A stretch of DNA of 57,844 nucleotides, counting the filler, from Sphacelaria rigidula (lineage: Eukaryota), in NCBI GenBank assembly GCA_964200075.2. It is 9 parts of 9 records of this genome, joined end to end, with 100 filler letters (N's around TTAATTAATTAA, not from the genome) between each part and the next. Parts side by side here need not be neighbours in the genome. Positions count along the whole stretch, not along the records: positions 1 to 6,339 come from CAXNAA020020676.1; positions 6,440 to 12,778 come from CAXNAA020020677.1; 7 more parts are not named here. One strand, 5' to 3'. How positions within the stretch are numbered: the first letter of the stretch is position 1; the number at the start of each line of letters is the position of its first letter. Below are positions 1 to 12,878 of this stretch, piece after piece. Both the position numbers and the translations under genes were made by a program. The notes below the pieces were generated by a model. It was not told where the DNA came from and ran no database searches. It saw only the letters and a list, made by a program, of their open reading frames with translations.

Positions 1-107
1 ACAGATCATAGCTTCAAGTGCAGTATATTGCGCTGTGTGCATATTATGGAGACCCGTGTCCCGGGGGCAGGGTATGAAGAAGAGGCTTAATGATGTTTTG
101 ACGATTG

Positions 108-318
108 TGTAATGCGTGAGAGGACCGAGTGCTTAGAGGACCACATCGGAATTTGATTATCCCCATGGTTAGGGTTAGGGTTAGGGTTAGTGTTGGGGTT
201 ATGGTCAGGGGCTTGGTACCTGCAGGGACTGGCCCGATTGGTTTCGAAAAACATCGATCCTGCGGTGTTTTGAACTACGGCGCGGTCCTCTAAGCACGCG
301 GTCCTCTCACGCATTACA
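108..318 (+). mobile_element. 211-bp MITE with TGT...ACA termini and an internal TTAGGG tract (Ginger-like or unclassified)
   Basis: ~35-bp TIRs TGTAATGCGTGAGAGGACCG.GTGCTTAGAGGACC / GGTCCTCTAAGCACGCGGTCCTCTCACGCATTACA. Perfect 5-bp TSD GATTG (103-107, 319-323). Internal (TTAGGG)3 followed by variants. Confidence 0.9.
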
Positions 319-743
319 GATTGTACCGATACGGTAGAGCGGGCAAAAGACTACCTCCACCGTCGAAGAATAGATACGAAGACACTCATTTACGTTTTCC
401 ACCCACAGCAACGAACAGGAACCCGATAACCGGGGACACAAAGACTTGCGACGGACACACACGATTGTTCACAACCATGAGTCCAGTACTATCGCACCGC
501 TGAAATGCCCATCGTACGGAACAGGGTCCAGAAACAGCAACTGAAAAGGCATAAAATATTCATTCCCCCTCCGTGGGCAACAGCGAAGCAGCCATACCCG
601 CAATGTAATGGACATATAAGAGAAACGGAAGAAGTAACACAACAATCGACCAACAGTAGCGACCGATATCCCCCAAAACACGTTGAACGACGACCACGGG
701 TTCAACATGACAGACTATCCCGTCGTGCAAAAGTCGTCCATAA

Positions 744-1210
744 GGCCGGATGTTATGGCACTCAGACTTTTGGCCAACGGATTGTTCACTTTTATGGCGT
801 TTGAGCCACTTTTTTTACCCCCAAACAGAGAACATCGCCAACACACGTCTTGGGCACTTTGCATCACCCTACAGAGAGAAGCCTAGTCCACTTTTCAGAT
901 TCGCTTGGCTCCAACATTTCGAGAGCGGCCGCTGAACAAAATCCGTCTGCAACAAAATCTACGGCGATCTCCACAGAATATTAGGCAAACTGGCGGGGGT
1001 CGGCAAGCACGGATTTTCGCACACGAATGTTCAGCGGCCGCTCTCATATTCGTGTGCGAATCTGAAAAATGGGCTACGCTCTGTGGGGTGATGAAAAGTG
1101 TCCAAGACGTGTGTTGGCGATTTTCTCCATTTGTGGGTCAAAAAGGGGGTCAAATGTCCCTAAGGTGAACAGTCCGTGGGCCAAAAATCTGTTTGCCATA
1201 ACATCCGGCC
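744..1210. mobile_element. PIF/Harbinger-like (Tourist-type) MITE, 467 bp
   Basis: ~45-bp TIRs starting GGCCGGATGTTATGGCA. TAA on both sides (741-743, 1211-1213). Confidence 0.8.
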
Positions 1211-1838
1211 TAAACAGCAAAGAACACTCGACCAGCAGCAGCGACAGATATCTCCCGAAACACGGACAACCCCGGATTCAACATCACAGACATGACCCAT
1301 TGTACGAAACAGGCTCCAGAAATAGCACGACAGTTGCCCACACGACAACCGCAACGTGGCGTTTCTCCGACTTCGCCGCCACGATCAGTGGATCGACAGC
1401 CAGGGTACATGAGCACCGGTGATAGCTGTGTGCGTTGTGTAAGCTCATGGACTGAGCACGGTAGCAAATCTGGATCATAGACACTTTTATTGAGTGAAAT
1501 TGATGCCACTTCAACAGATTGCCTAATTTTCGCTGTCAAATGGTTGATGGAAAGCGGCGGGAAAAAATTGTCGTGTCTTCTGACTGTTTGATGAGCATGA
1601 TGCCGATTCGATTTTCAAAAACACTTCTTGTTTGTTTCGTTTTCAGCCCGAAGAGCAACATGGGTGATGAGTATGTACGAAGGCTCAAAACCACGCATCA
1701 CAATCAAAAGTGAACCTGAGGAACTGACCGCCCCCGCAAACCAAGAACCCATATAGTGGCAACGAATTTGACCATTTGATCGCCAGGATAGGTCATCTGT
1801 TGTTAAACCGGCATCAGTTACTTGGACGATCAAGGGGT

Positions 1839-2930
1839 CACAAAGAGACCCCGTTTCACCGCATTCTAAAAGCAAGTGAAAAAGTGCACCTGTCGCAGAG
1901 CCTCTGGGAACGATTCTGACAGTCCTGTGTGCGGTGTGGCATGGGCGCACGAAGGGTCTACCGCCATGGCGAGGAAAGAAGGCGGAAAACACCATACAGA
2001 GCACTGCCGTGGGAGCGATGCTCCCGGAATCTCCTGAAGGGGAATCATGCAATGCTGCTTTGTCGGAGCTTGAGAAAACGAAATGACCCCGTTCGCTGTA
2101 AGTTAGAACAAATGCTCGCCTCTCTGACCTCACAAAGAGACCCCGTTTCACCGTATTCTAAAAGCAAGTGAAAAAGTGCACCTGTCTCAGAGCCTCTGGG
2201 AACGATTCTGACAGTCCTGTGTGCCGTGTGGCATGGGCGCACGAAGGGTCTACCGCCATGGCGAGGAAAGAAGGCGGAAAACACCATGCAGAGCACTGCC
2301 GTGGGAGCGATGCTCCCGAAATCTCCTGAAGGGGAATCATGCAATGCTGCTTTGTTGGAGCTTGAGAAAACGAAATGACCCCGTTCGCTGTAAGTTAGAG
2401 CAAATGCTCGCCTCTCTGAGCTTCTGAGGACGACCGAATGACACCGTGTCGCCGTACTCAAAAATCAAGTGTGAGTAAACGCTGGCCTCTCAGAGACCCC
2501 GCTTCACCGTATTTTAGAAGCAAGTGAAAAAGTCCACCTATCTCAGAGCCTCTGGGAACGATTCTGACAGTCCTGTGTGCGGTGTGACATGGGCCCACGA
2601 AGGGTCTACCGCCATGGCGAAGAAAGAAGGCGGGAAATACCATGCAGAGTACTGCCGTGGGAGCGATGCTCCCGAAACCTCCGAAACCTCCTGAAGGGGA
2701 ATCATGCAATGCTGCTTTGTCGGAGCTTGAGAGAACGAAATGACCCCGTTCGCTATACTCTAAAATCGAGTAAGAGCAAATGCTCGCCTCTCTGAGCTTC
2801 TGAGGACGACCGAACGACACCGTGTCGCCGTACTCTAAAATCAAGTGTGAGCAAATGCTGGCCTCTCAGAGCTCGTGGGAACGCCGTTTAGCTGTACTCT
2901 AAAACCAAGTGAAAAGATTACAAAAGTGCA
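1839..2930. repeat. Tandem repeat, ~3.3 units of 292-380 bp
   Basis: Units start near 1839, 2131 and 2491 (AGAGACCCCG(T/C)TTCACCG). Near-identical ORF translations recur in the ORF track. Confidence 0.9.
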
Positions 2931-4169
2931 CCTGCGTCCAATGCTCTTCAACGGCGAAAAAAATAAATGAATTAATTGTTATATATACACTGGTTAGAAA
3001 ATATGGTGACAGAAGAGGCGACCCGGTATATATGCCTCATGATACCTATCTGGCCACCGGTGCGGGGCCGCCCATCCCCTTCCCAGCATGTAATTAACAT
3101 ATCCTGGCTAAACACCACGATGGCAGGAAGCGCAGGTCGGTATGCGCCTTTAGTTACCCGTGAGGTCACCGGGCGGGCTGTGTTGCTTATACCCTGGACA
3201 ATACAATATGTTCCAATATGATACCAATGCTTTGTATCGGAGCCAGCGCAAATATTGTCCTGTCAATAATATATTGTGTTGAGATGTCCTCGGAGACATT
3301 GACGCAACGACATATATCGCTCGTGTCATGATCATGAAGTAATGTATGACAATATATATATTGGACATGCATTTGCTCCGGGAATAAAACATTCAATATG
3401 TATTGTGCATGCCGACCTCGTATGTATTGATGTGTCAATACTATTCTTATTCATTATGTTTGTCCGCATTCCGCGTGTCTGGACGCAGGTGCAACAATCA
3501 CGGGGCCTGACAGCGCACCATTCCTCCGAAGTCCGACGCACCAGCGGCCAGTATTTGAATCTTTCGTTTCTCTGTGACCGTCAACCTCTCCAGTGCATTT
3601 TTTAGGAATTTACCCTATATCCACACTTTCCCGTTTCCCTTCGCGGAATTTGCCCGTTTCTCCGCGGAATCTACTCTGGGACCAATGACTTCCCTAGCCA
3701 CCATAATCTGACGTTTCCCTACTCGGAATAACCGCAACCTGTTTCCGTGGCACTTTTCACATCTTTCTCCTCCTTTAGATTGAACGCGCGGAACCCCCGA
3801 CACCAGTGACGCGCCGAGCCGTTAGACTTTTCCCTCATTAAAATCTAACGCACCTTATTTCCCCGGAACCAGTGACGTACTCTTCACCCGCCAATGCAAC
3901 GGAACCCCTATGTCTCTCCGGTGCCAGTGACGTTCACAGCCGTTTGACATAGTGGCTTTGGCGCTGGTCAGTTTCACCAGTCACTCCGAAATCTGTGAGT
4001 GTGGCTTCTCGGCTTTTGCGTAGTCGGATTGCCGTGGTCAGTGGAAGTGCCCGACACCGGGCACGTTGACAACGATTACTTCTGCACATCTTATCAGTCG
4101 CCTACCTGATGTACTGCTGTTTATGACCGTATATGACCCATGATGAACAACCGCCGCGGTTAAACAGCT

Positions 4170-5181
4170 AAACCCTTTGGCGGCGGAGCCAGTTATCTGT
4201 TGAATCGACATCAATTTCACCTGAAAATGTATGCTTGATTGCGGTGACCGATGCTTGCAGTCAAAGGATCAACCCTTTGACCGCGAGGTTAGGTCACCTG
4301 CTGAATCGGCATCAATTTCACTGGGAAACGTCTCATGATCCAGATGGACTACCCGCATCGCGGTCTGAGGGTTAAGCCTGTGATCGTAGTCAGATAGCCG
4401 TGGTCGGCGGTGGTGCGCGACGCGACGCATGTTGACAATTATCTCTTCCGCACACCATTTCAGTCATTTACTTGCTGTACCGCTTTGTATGACTGTATAT
4501 GACCCATGAACAACCGCCGCGGTCACGCGGTTAACCCTTTGACGGCGAGAGTAGGTCCTCTGTTGAATTGGCATCAATTTCACCTGAAAAAGTATTCTTG
4601 ATTCCGATAACCGACCCGGTCACCTGCTGAATCACGATCAATTTCACTGGGGAAAGTATGCGTGATCCAGATGGACTACCCGCATCGCGGTCTGAGGGTC
4701 AACCCTTTGACCGTCAGGGTAGGCCATCTGGGCCATTGACGATTCAATAAATGATATATTATATGTGGTAGCGGTCACAGCATCAGATTATTTCCCATTA
4801 TTATTAACCCTTTGGGGACCGGATTCTCAGAAGCATGCGGTTTGCACGCAGCGGCCTTTTTGTGAATCAGCAACGTTTTTACTTGAAAACGAGTGAAAAT
4901 GATGCCGATTCACAAAAAGGCCCCTGAGTGCAAACTCTACATTTTTCTGGGGATCCGGTCCCGAAAGAGTTGGCCCTTTGACGGCGAGGGTAGGTCAGCT
5001 GCTGAATTGGCATCAATTTCACTTGAAAAAGTATGCGTTATCCAGATGGACTACCCGCATCGCGGTCTAAGGGTTAACCCTTAGACCGCGAGGATAGTCC
5101 ATATCTGGATCATGCATACTTTTTTCAAGTGAAATTGATGGCGACTCAACAGATGACCTACCCTCGCCGTCGAAGGGTTAA
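4170..5181. mobile_element. Cluster of ~100-160-bp piggyBac-like MITEs
   Basis: CCCTT...AAGGG termini. Copy 5078-5177 is flanked by TTAA on both sides. Copy 4974-5073 shares TTAA 5074-5077 with it in inverted orientation. Related copy at 4808-4969. Shared core GAATCGGCATCAATTTCAC. Confidence 0.75.
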
Positions 5182-5189
5182 CACGACAC

Positions 5190-5540
5190 ATGCACCAGCA
5201 CACTACTCGTATCAACGTTTTCGTGATTTTGAGAGTAGAGCGCTGATTGAGAGCAGATTTGATCAGTCGCTTCAAATTAGCCAATTATTCATTCTGGGTG
5301 TGTGTGATGTTCTTTCCCTCAATCACTGGCGTGTGCTTACAGCTGCACGTCGATATCCTACTCAGGGATGTCATGGGCCTCAGTGCCAAGCTACTACAGA
5401 AGGCATATTGGACCTCGTGTACGGGTATTTCAAAACTGATACAAAGCATTCACTGATTGACCGATTTTCACTCTCAATCGCATCCTCTACTCTCAATATC
5501 ACGAAAACACTGTTTCGTATATCCACGCATCTATATCCGA
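5190..5540. mobile_element. Foldback MITE-like element
   Basis: GTTTTCGTGATTTTGAGAGTAGAG (~5217) is inverted at CTCTACTCTCAATATCACGAAAAC (~5485). A similar end occurs at ~44880. Confidence 0.55.
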
Positions 5541-5909
5541 GCGCACCGAGCAAGCCATGGCCACTGCGCTCTTGGGGACAGTAAAGGAGTCGTACAGTGA
5601 GATGAAACAAAAATGGCACAGTACTACAGCACACACGCAGTTGGAAATAGTGTAGTGATATACTATGTTCGAACATCTAATTGCCAGAGAATGAAATTTG
5701 ACGTGTTGAATTTATTGATGTAATCCACTAGTCGTCTACTGCGTCACGAAGAGCGTTTTGTCTCTTCAAGTACCCGAGAGCAGCTATGATTTGGTGCCGA
5801 ACACATGGGGCATACCTTTCGATATATGTACAAGGAGTTCAGCCACGAACCAAAGCTTGAACGGAATCGCTCAATCGTTTGACCGCGAGGGTAGGGAGGT
5901 CACCTGGCT

Positions 5910-6310
5910 GTGATAACATGTTTGCCAGATTCTTAACGGATTTTGCTTTCGGAACGGGAGGTTTTTCGTTATCTATAACAACAAGGCGGTCTAATCGCCC
6001 GGAACGGCCGTTACCCCCCTGAAAGCCCGTGATCTGAAGGGAGTTGAGCTCAATCAGATTTAAAATCGCGGTGGTGCCTTACGTGAGATACGGCTGAAAT
6101 GTGCATTTGTTTCCCCCTAATTTGGACACATTTCCCCCTATAACTCTGTACTGACCATGTCTATTTCAAATATTCTCGCATCACAATTCCCGTCAGATAA
6201 CGGGCTGTCAGCGGGGTGACGGCCGTTTCGGACGATCCGACCGCGTTGGTGTCAATCACGAAAAGCCTTCCGTTCCGGAAAAAAACCCAACTAATATCAC
6301 AAACATAACA
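5910..6310. mobile_element. Foldback MITE-like element with ~110-bp diverged inverted arms
   Basis: 5948-6050 aligns with the reverse complement of 6180-6282. Confidence 0.6.
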
Positions 6311-6339
6311 ACAAATTGTGCGAATTGAGGTTTAACTTC

Positions 6340-6439
6340 NNNNNNNNNNNNNNNNNNNNNNNNNNNNNNNNNNNNNNNNNNNNTTAATTAATTAANNNNN
6401 NNNNNNNNNNNNNNNNNNNNNNNNNNNNNNNNNNNNNNN
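6340..6439. other. Artificial contig linker (first of eight)
   Basis: N44-TTAATTAATTAA-N44, with stops in all six frames. Also at 12779-12878, 19217-19316, 25655-25754, 32093-32192, 38531-38630, 44969-45068 and 51407-51506. Confidence 0.99.
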
Positions 6440-8381
6440 TTGTGGTTGTTGTTTTTTGGTTTGGTTTGGGTGTGAAAGTTTTCATGGTTGTGCTGGATCG
6501 AGGACACCATTATACTCCCCTTCAGATTGATATATTGGATATATGGACTACCTGAAGTATAAGAATAGTCGAGGGGAGTTTGTCGACAAACTCTACTGTC
6601 GCACACGGAGTCAGAAAAACAGATTCGACCGGCTGGCTCGAAAACCGGTGGAAGTTCTCCCAAACATAATATTTACACAAAATAACATGCATCTGTTCAT
6701 GTAGTAGGAGTACGGCGTCACTTTAAATACAACGGTTGCGTGAACCCAAATGAACCATGGGTGTAGAATATCCTCATCGATGTACTGGGGGTTCGAGGGC
6801 AAAGGGTTGAATCTTTGACAACCAGGGTGAGTCACGTGTCACGTGTTTGATCGGCACTTTCTGTTTTCACATGGAAAATGACCAAAAAACCCGGATAATC
6901 CACCCTGGTGATCAGATGGTTGACAGTAAAAATGATCCAGATTCAACATATGTACAGCACAGACAGTACAGTATCCAGTATTCATCCTGGGGCCGGCCAA
7001 ACGCGGTAAAATCGTCAAAACCAGTCGACCGCGACCATTCGAGATCTTTAATGCAGGGAGTATGGAATACTGTTCTGAAATGTAGCTCAGAGCCGTTCGT
7101 ATAGACTCGAAGTAACCATGGTTGGTTACTTTTAACCAGTCAAGGAGGTGGATCCTTTTAAACCGCAAGGGTGGGTCATCTGGGTCTCACTTCAAATGGA
7201 GACTATCCGTTCGACAGATGACCGGTCATGACTGGTCGTGGCCGTCGAAATGGTCAAAACTCCTTGCTTAGGCCGCCAAGCAAAATCCGCTTGACTCTCA
7301 TGTATGCCAACACACCCCTTTGGATATTGAATCTTTTCGCCCCGGTTCCACATGCCGCAAATCTTTGCGGCGGCGGCCGAGTCTTGTAGTAATTTTTGAA
7401 GAGAAATTGATGCCGATTCAACACATGACCCGCGGGGGGTTGGCGGTCAAAGGGGCACAGTAGTACACCAACAGTAGTATAATGATAATGTACGATGGAA
7501 GGGTGCACAGTAGTGTAGCATCACAGCATGAAAACACCACAGAGTATATGGACCTTCTGTCGTGCGTTCATACAAAATACCGAGCAAGGGACAAGTCGTC
7601 CACGCACCTCGCCCTGCTACAGTGCTGTCTGTACGGTATCGTTGTACAGGATTGTTGTGCCGTACAGTAAGTCGGTATTATTTCGTGCGGTGCTGCTGTT
7701 CAATTTGTGTACAGTGCTGCACACTTCTATGGTGCCCTGCTACACGGGTTACAGGAGTTTTCACATAGTCTCTGATGGTGTGGCTGGGCCAACTGCTACG
7801 CCGCACCGTGGGTTTTACTTATTGATACTACACAGTCTCCACTCTAAACTGCTTGCTGCATCGCACCGCAACCACAGCTAGCGAGTCAGTGGCACAAATC
7901 CCCTCCTGTCAGGTGAACCTTCAGGGCCGGACGGCCCTACATTATAAAACCGGTAGTCCCCGACAGCACGACTTCCAACAGTACAGTAGGGCTGTAGCGC
8001 AGTGCTCAAACTAATCTAAAAACTGTTGGATCATGTGATATGTGTCACGTGTCATGTGCGATACCAACCCGTGTTTCATCACCTCAAGGAATATATCCTC
8101 CTGCTAGACAACGGACGAGAGTGTGCAGCATGCGCTACGGGCTGCATATGTATAATTGTGCGGTACATGATCCTGTACCGAGATGCCTGGTGTCTGAACA
8201 GGAGTCGCCCGCCCGCCTCTCCCATGGAGATTCGCAGATTTTCCACTACGTGGTCTCTACACCCCACACAGTACAGTCGTGAACCGTAAAAAAACAGTTT
8301 TGCAATGAGAAGACAGCTGCGTACAGCACAGGAGTGGTAGTATGCCCCTCATCATATTTCCAGTCCATCATGATCACTTAC

Positions 8382-8551
8382 AAAGGAGACGAGCTAGTAC
8401 GCTTGACTGGCGTGTAGGTTGCGGGGGACTGTTCACCGAACCCCCTTCCGCTGGTGCCAGTGCTTTCAGCTCTGCCATCGTCCACGCTCGCCCTTCTTTG
8501 AGCGGCCGGGGTCATAGACCGTGAATTCACGCCGCCGCTGCTGCCACTCAT
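8382..8551 (-). CDS. Possible first coding exon of an unknown gene (MSGSSGGVNSRSMTPAAQRRASVDD...KRTSSSP)
   Basis: Open Ser/Gly-rich frame ending at a strong GTAAGT donor. No recognisable domain and no confirmed partner exon. Confidence 0.35.
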
Positions 8552-10151
8552 GCCACACAAACAGCAGCCTTTTCCAGCAAAGCTTTGCAACCTGAGCTCT
8601 CTGTCTGGTTAACCTCTCTAGACACCGTCCACACAGCACCTACTCCAAAATCACTGCTGCAGTTGTCTGTACTGGGCAACTTCGCTCTAGTTGGCCGCTT
8701 CGCTGTTTCCCGCGAAAAAATGACTGCGGGCAGTAACTTGAAGTGAGGCCCGTGAAAAAGCAAGAGGCAGCGGCCCGGTATACCGCCTCCTGCCCTCCCC
8801 TACCCTCCGACTTCCACCGCTCAACTCTCTTGCTCTTCTATACTTGATGGGAGTGCACGATCATGTGAAATGTGCACGCGTGTAGAGCGTTGTGATTGTC
8901 CCTGGTCTACGTTCGCTCGTCTTGTATGTCAAATATCGAATAGAAGTTTTAGCTACCATTATTCGGTAATACTCAGGTTCGTTCCCGTTGGTCAACGATA
9001 TTTCGGTTCGTCGTCATATCCATCGCATTGTTTTTTTAAACCTGATGGAAAGTCAGGGTACGCGAAAAACTAAATCAGCCTTCGGTGACTGACTGCAAAA
9101 GCGTATCTACAGTACAGTAGCCCATAACCATCGTGGATATGTACGGTATGGATCATCATGTAGGATTCTTGTTAACCGGCACCACGTTGTTTTGTACCAT
9201 AATCCAAATGATACCGCGTGTGCATGTGTCATTTTTACATAACTACGCCCATCACCAGAGCAAATCATTGGGGACGGTTAGTCTCGGTGCTTCTCGAGTG
9301 CAACTGCCGTCGAGACTCTGTAGCTAATCAGCCTTCAAGCTATACGTGTTTGACCTTAGCTCACCGCAAAGAACACCCGGTGCAGGATCCACTACCAGAA
9401 CATGCGCAAGTGAGTGTTTAACCATATGTTACTTTGGCTTCCAGCTGCAATTGCAAGTTTACATCTTGAACAAGGCTCTCACCTCTGCTGGGGTGCGCTT
9501 TGCCTCGTGTTTGTAGGCCCCCGAATAAGGGCATCAGTCCCGCAAAGCTGCATGGGGTGACCCATTTTGCAGTATTAATGACAGCTAAGTGCAGCGTTGT
9601 GCATCGTGAGAGGACTGAAAGCAGAGCTTGGAGTATCTACGATAGAACATGCTGTACTGTACTGATTCATTGATTGTCGCACTTCAACTGATCCCCCCAG
9701 GGATCCAGCAGTGGGCACATGTTACGACAGACGTACCCGAGATACGAGTGAACAAAATGGAAACACTCGCTGAAGGAAAGTGAACAAAATCACAAAGGTG
9801 CAGCGTTGTGCCAAAAAAAAAATCTGAATAAAATCTGACCTGTTTCCGCCCCATTGCACGCTCCCCTAACACGCAAGACCGGCATCAGCGATAAGAACTT
9901 GTTGATTGTACTTCAAATAACATCTGACTAAAGTTTCAGCGCCGTGCAGCTCCCTCCTAAAGCTCGTGCATGATGGTATCTCTGAACATGGGCATATCTA
10001 GAGGAGATGTCGGCATAGTATTTGTACAAATGGCCATTTTCCAGAGTAATCCTGGACTTCGTTTGTCAAGTGTACGGGTGCTGGACTGGACTCGAGCCGA
10101 CACCTACTGCACCAGCGTGAAAAGATTCTCGTTCACTCTCTGTGTGCGAAC

Positions 10152-11876
10152 TAGAGGTGGGCACCTGACCTGTAAAGGAAGAACCGGTTATAACCGGTTC
10201 TTAGAAACCCCAGTAGGTGTTAACCGGTTACGGTTCTGAAAATAAAAACCGGAGTTTTTTTCCAGTTCAAGCGGTTCACCGGAAAACCGGTTTAACCGAC
10301 AAGAGGAGGCGTTATTATGGCGGTTAAACCGTTTTTCCGGTGAACCGGTTTAACCGGTTCAATTGCTATGTTTGAACTTGGTACCGAAAGCGTGACACGC
10401 GACACGTCATACGCGACACGTCACACGTGACACGTCACACTACACGTCACCCTAACACGTAAAGTCAGACTGCGCGTTTTTTGGGCAAAAGGAGTAGGCG
10501 TCAACTTCTGTTTACTATATAAGATCTGCTATAGTTTCCTCAAAAGAGATACGATAATGATGTTGATGTTTCTTACTGACAAAAGTTGATGCGATGTCTT
10601 GTCGCCTATCGCTCTTGCACGATTATTGCGTCATTGTTCAGTCTGTAGGGCGAAATCGCTCAGGGAGGGGGTGTGTTTGCGTGGTTTGGCGTGGTTTGCA
10701 GCGTCTAGTGTGGGTTTTCCGTTGTCTACTGTTTTGTTGTTTTTCTACACAGGAGCGATACGCTTTTCCCATGCAAAGTTGAGGAATGGCATGACCCCTG
10801 CTCCTCCCTCGTATTGTTGGGCATTGGATTGCAGGGCGCGCGTGGTGTGGGGTGCGTACAGTCATAGGCGCCTGAACTGTTCAGGGTTGTTTTGGGGGTA
10901 TCCTCGCGCACTACTCTTCGGTAGAGCTTCAAAGTGCTAGCGTCGGTAGATTTTGCTAAAATAAGCAGATAATCCTCAAAAGAACAGTGCCCAAGTTAGT
11001 GTTACTTGGTGTTATCGGGCGATACGAGCAGATACCTGGTTTATAAGGATGGTATAATTGACCGTGAAACACAGTTATTTGGTTCTGGTGCAGTGAGCAG
11101 GTAGAGTTTCAAAAAAATTAAACTGTACATTTCTTCACAACAACGATCGGGACAGGCTCGATCGACCGAAAATTCCGAACAGTCAGAATTTGTGCTGAAA
11201 AATTGCAGGACCCCCCGATGACCGGTCAGCCCGTAAGTCACTCAATGTTGAGTACAGGTGGTTTTTGTTTCCTTGAATGTGGAGCGGATACAAGTGTCTT
11301 CAGATCCTCAATGTGATAGGCGGTGACAAGCGAAAGAGTCTAAGAAAATCGTCAATGACGAAGAAACTAGGAAAAGAACGGTTCAGGTGCCCACTATCTA
11401 CTACTCCGGAGAATAGCTTTTATTTTCGACTCTCGACACCCTGCGTTGGCTAGGGTTGGGTGCCAGATTTGAATAGTGACCGTTCAAGTAATCTCCAACA
11501 CCATGACACCATTCCTATCACGCATTAATATCTTTGTCACCAGTCACCAGTCACTGTGCTGTAAAGTTCGACAGGTGTTGCATGGTTGCGGAGTGCGGAG
11601 CTGTGAGATTGAACCTTGCCGTCGCCGGCAATGGGTGTGTTTGAGCGTATCCGTCACCCACCACACACGAAACATACGACAAGAACACCTTGTTCACCTG
11701 CGTTTCAATCATTTGGAGGCGTTTTTCCTTGCTTATCAGGTTGAACCGGTTTTCCGGTGAACCGGTCGAACCGGCTGAAAAAAAACGGTTCAACCGTTTT
11801 TTAAGTTTTAGAAAATGACGCCTCTTATCCGGTGACCGTTTTTTTTCATCATTTTGGTATCCGGTGCCCACCTCTA
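10152..11876. mobile_element. Non-autonomous hAT element, 1725 bp
   Basis: TIRs TAGAGGTGGGCACC / GGTGCCCACCTCTA. Perfect 8-bp TSD GTGCGAAC (10144-10151, 11877-11884). Many subterminal AACCGG/CCGGTT motifs at both ends. No transposase ORF. Confidence 0.92.
10859..11398. mobile_element. Tc1/mariner-like MITE nested in the hAT element
   Basis: TA-CAGT... start and imperfect TIR (GGCGCCTGAACTGTTC / GAACGGTTCAGGTGCC). Homologous copy at 39185-40140 on another contig. Confidence 0.65.
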
Positions 11877-12878
11877 GTGCGAACTTTTGACTGCGGAATA
11901 GCCGCATTGAGGTCGTTTCGACGCAATTTCCAATCACCGGTGACCACTGTGATGATTGAGGTAGCAAAGGCCACCCAAGCACGCTGCCACTTGGTTTATA
12001 TCCGAGAGGTGAGGTCGTGAGCAAACTTTCAGCCGTAAGTAAATAACCGCGGTCAAGATATACATATGCAAAGGTCCTGTGAATTGGCTGAAAGGCGTCG
12101 TATTCAACTTTCTCAAGATGAAGCAGGAAGGGTTACGCCGCGTTTTTCAACAGGCGGCAACATGGTCCCATCGCGCACTGTACACCAGAGCACTGTCAAT
12201 ACAGTACAATACATACCGTAGAAAAGATGCTAAAACTTTCAACTTTCAACCTTCAGAGTTTCCAACAGACCTACGTTCCTTCAGATCGTGTCGTGTATTA
12301 CCTCAGGTTCATCAAAGGGCATGGTCCCTTTTCCCGTGTGAACTACGGGTACACAGCTGTCCCGTCTATGTCGTATTCGCCAGTCGTACGCAGCGTGGTC
12401 GTCACCTTACCGCGTACCGTTGTGAGCGCGTGGAACCTCAACAGAGCAACACTAGTAACACGCCCAAACGCGAGAAGCTGTCATATTCGTAGCCAGAAAT
12501 TGGGATCCAAAGCTCCGCCTTGAACACCACCCCCCATCTGCGCTACTTTTTGAAGCCGTGCCTGTTCCTTGAGGGGCGCCCCGGCCGTGCGAAGTGGGGC
12601 ACGCATGGTGCTGCTTGCAGCCGAAACGCTATACAGGCTGGGCCGCCCAACACGCGGACAGGGGTGTGAACACGCGATTATGCAGCTCAATTTTGGGTCG
12701 TTTTCTATGAAATTTTGCAAGGGTCGGACAAATAATGATTCGTCTGGAATTTACTTGGTTTTAGTATGATGAGTCGACNNNNNNNNNNNNNNNNNNNNNN
12801 NNNNNNNNNNNNNNNNNNNNNNTTAATTAATTAANNNNNNNNNNNNNNNNNNNNNNNNNNNNNNNNNNNNNNNNNNNN

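Noticed and set aside
6384..6395. Recurrent TTAATTAATTAA as a biological motif
   Set aside because: It is an artificial linker, always centred in exactly 88 Ns.
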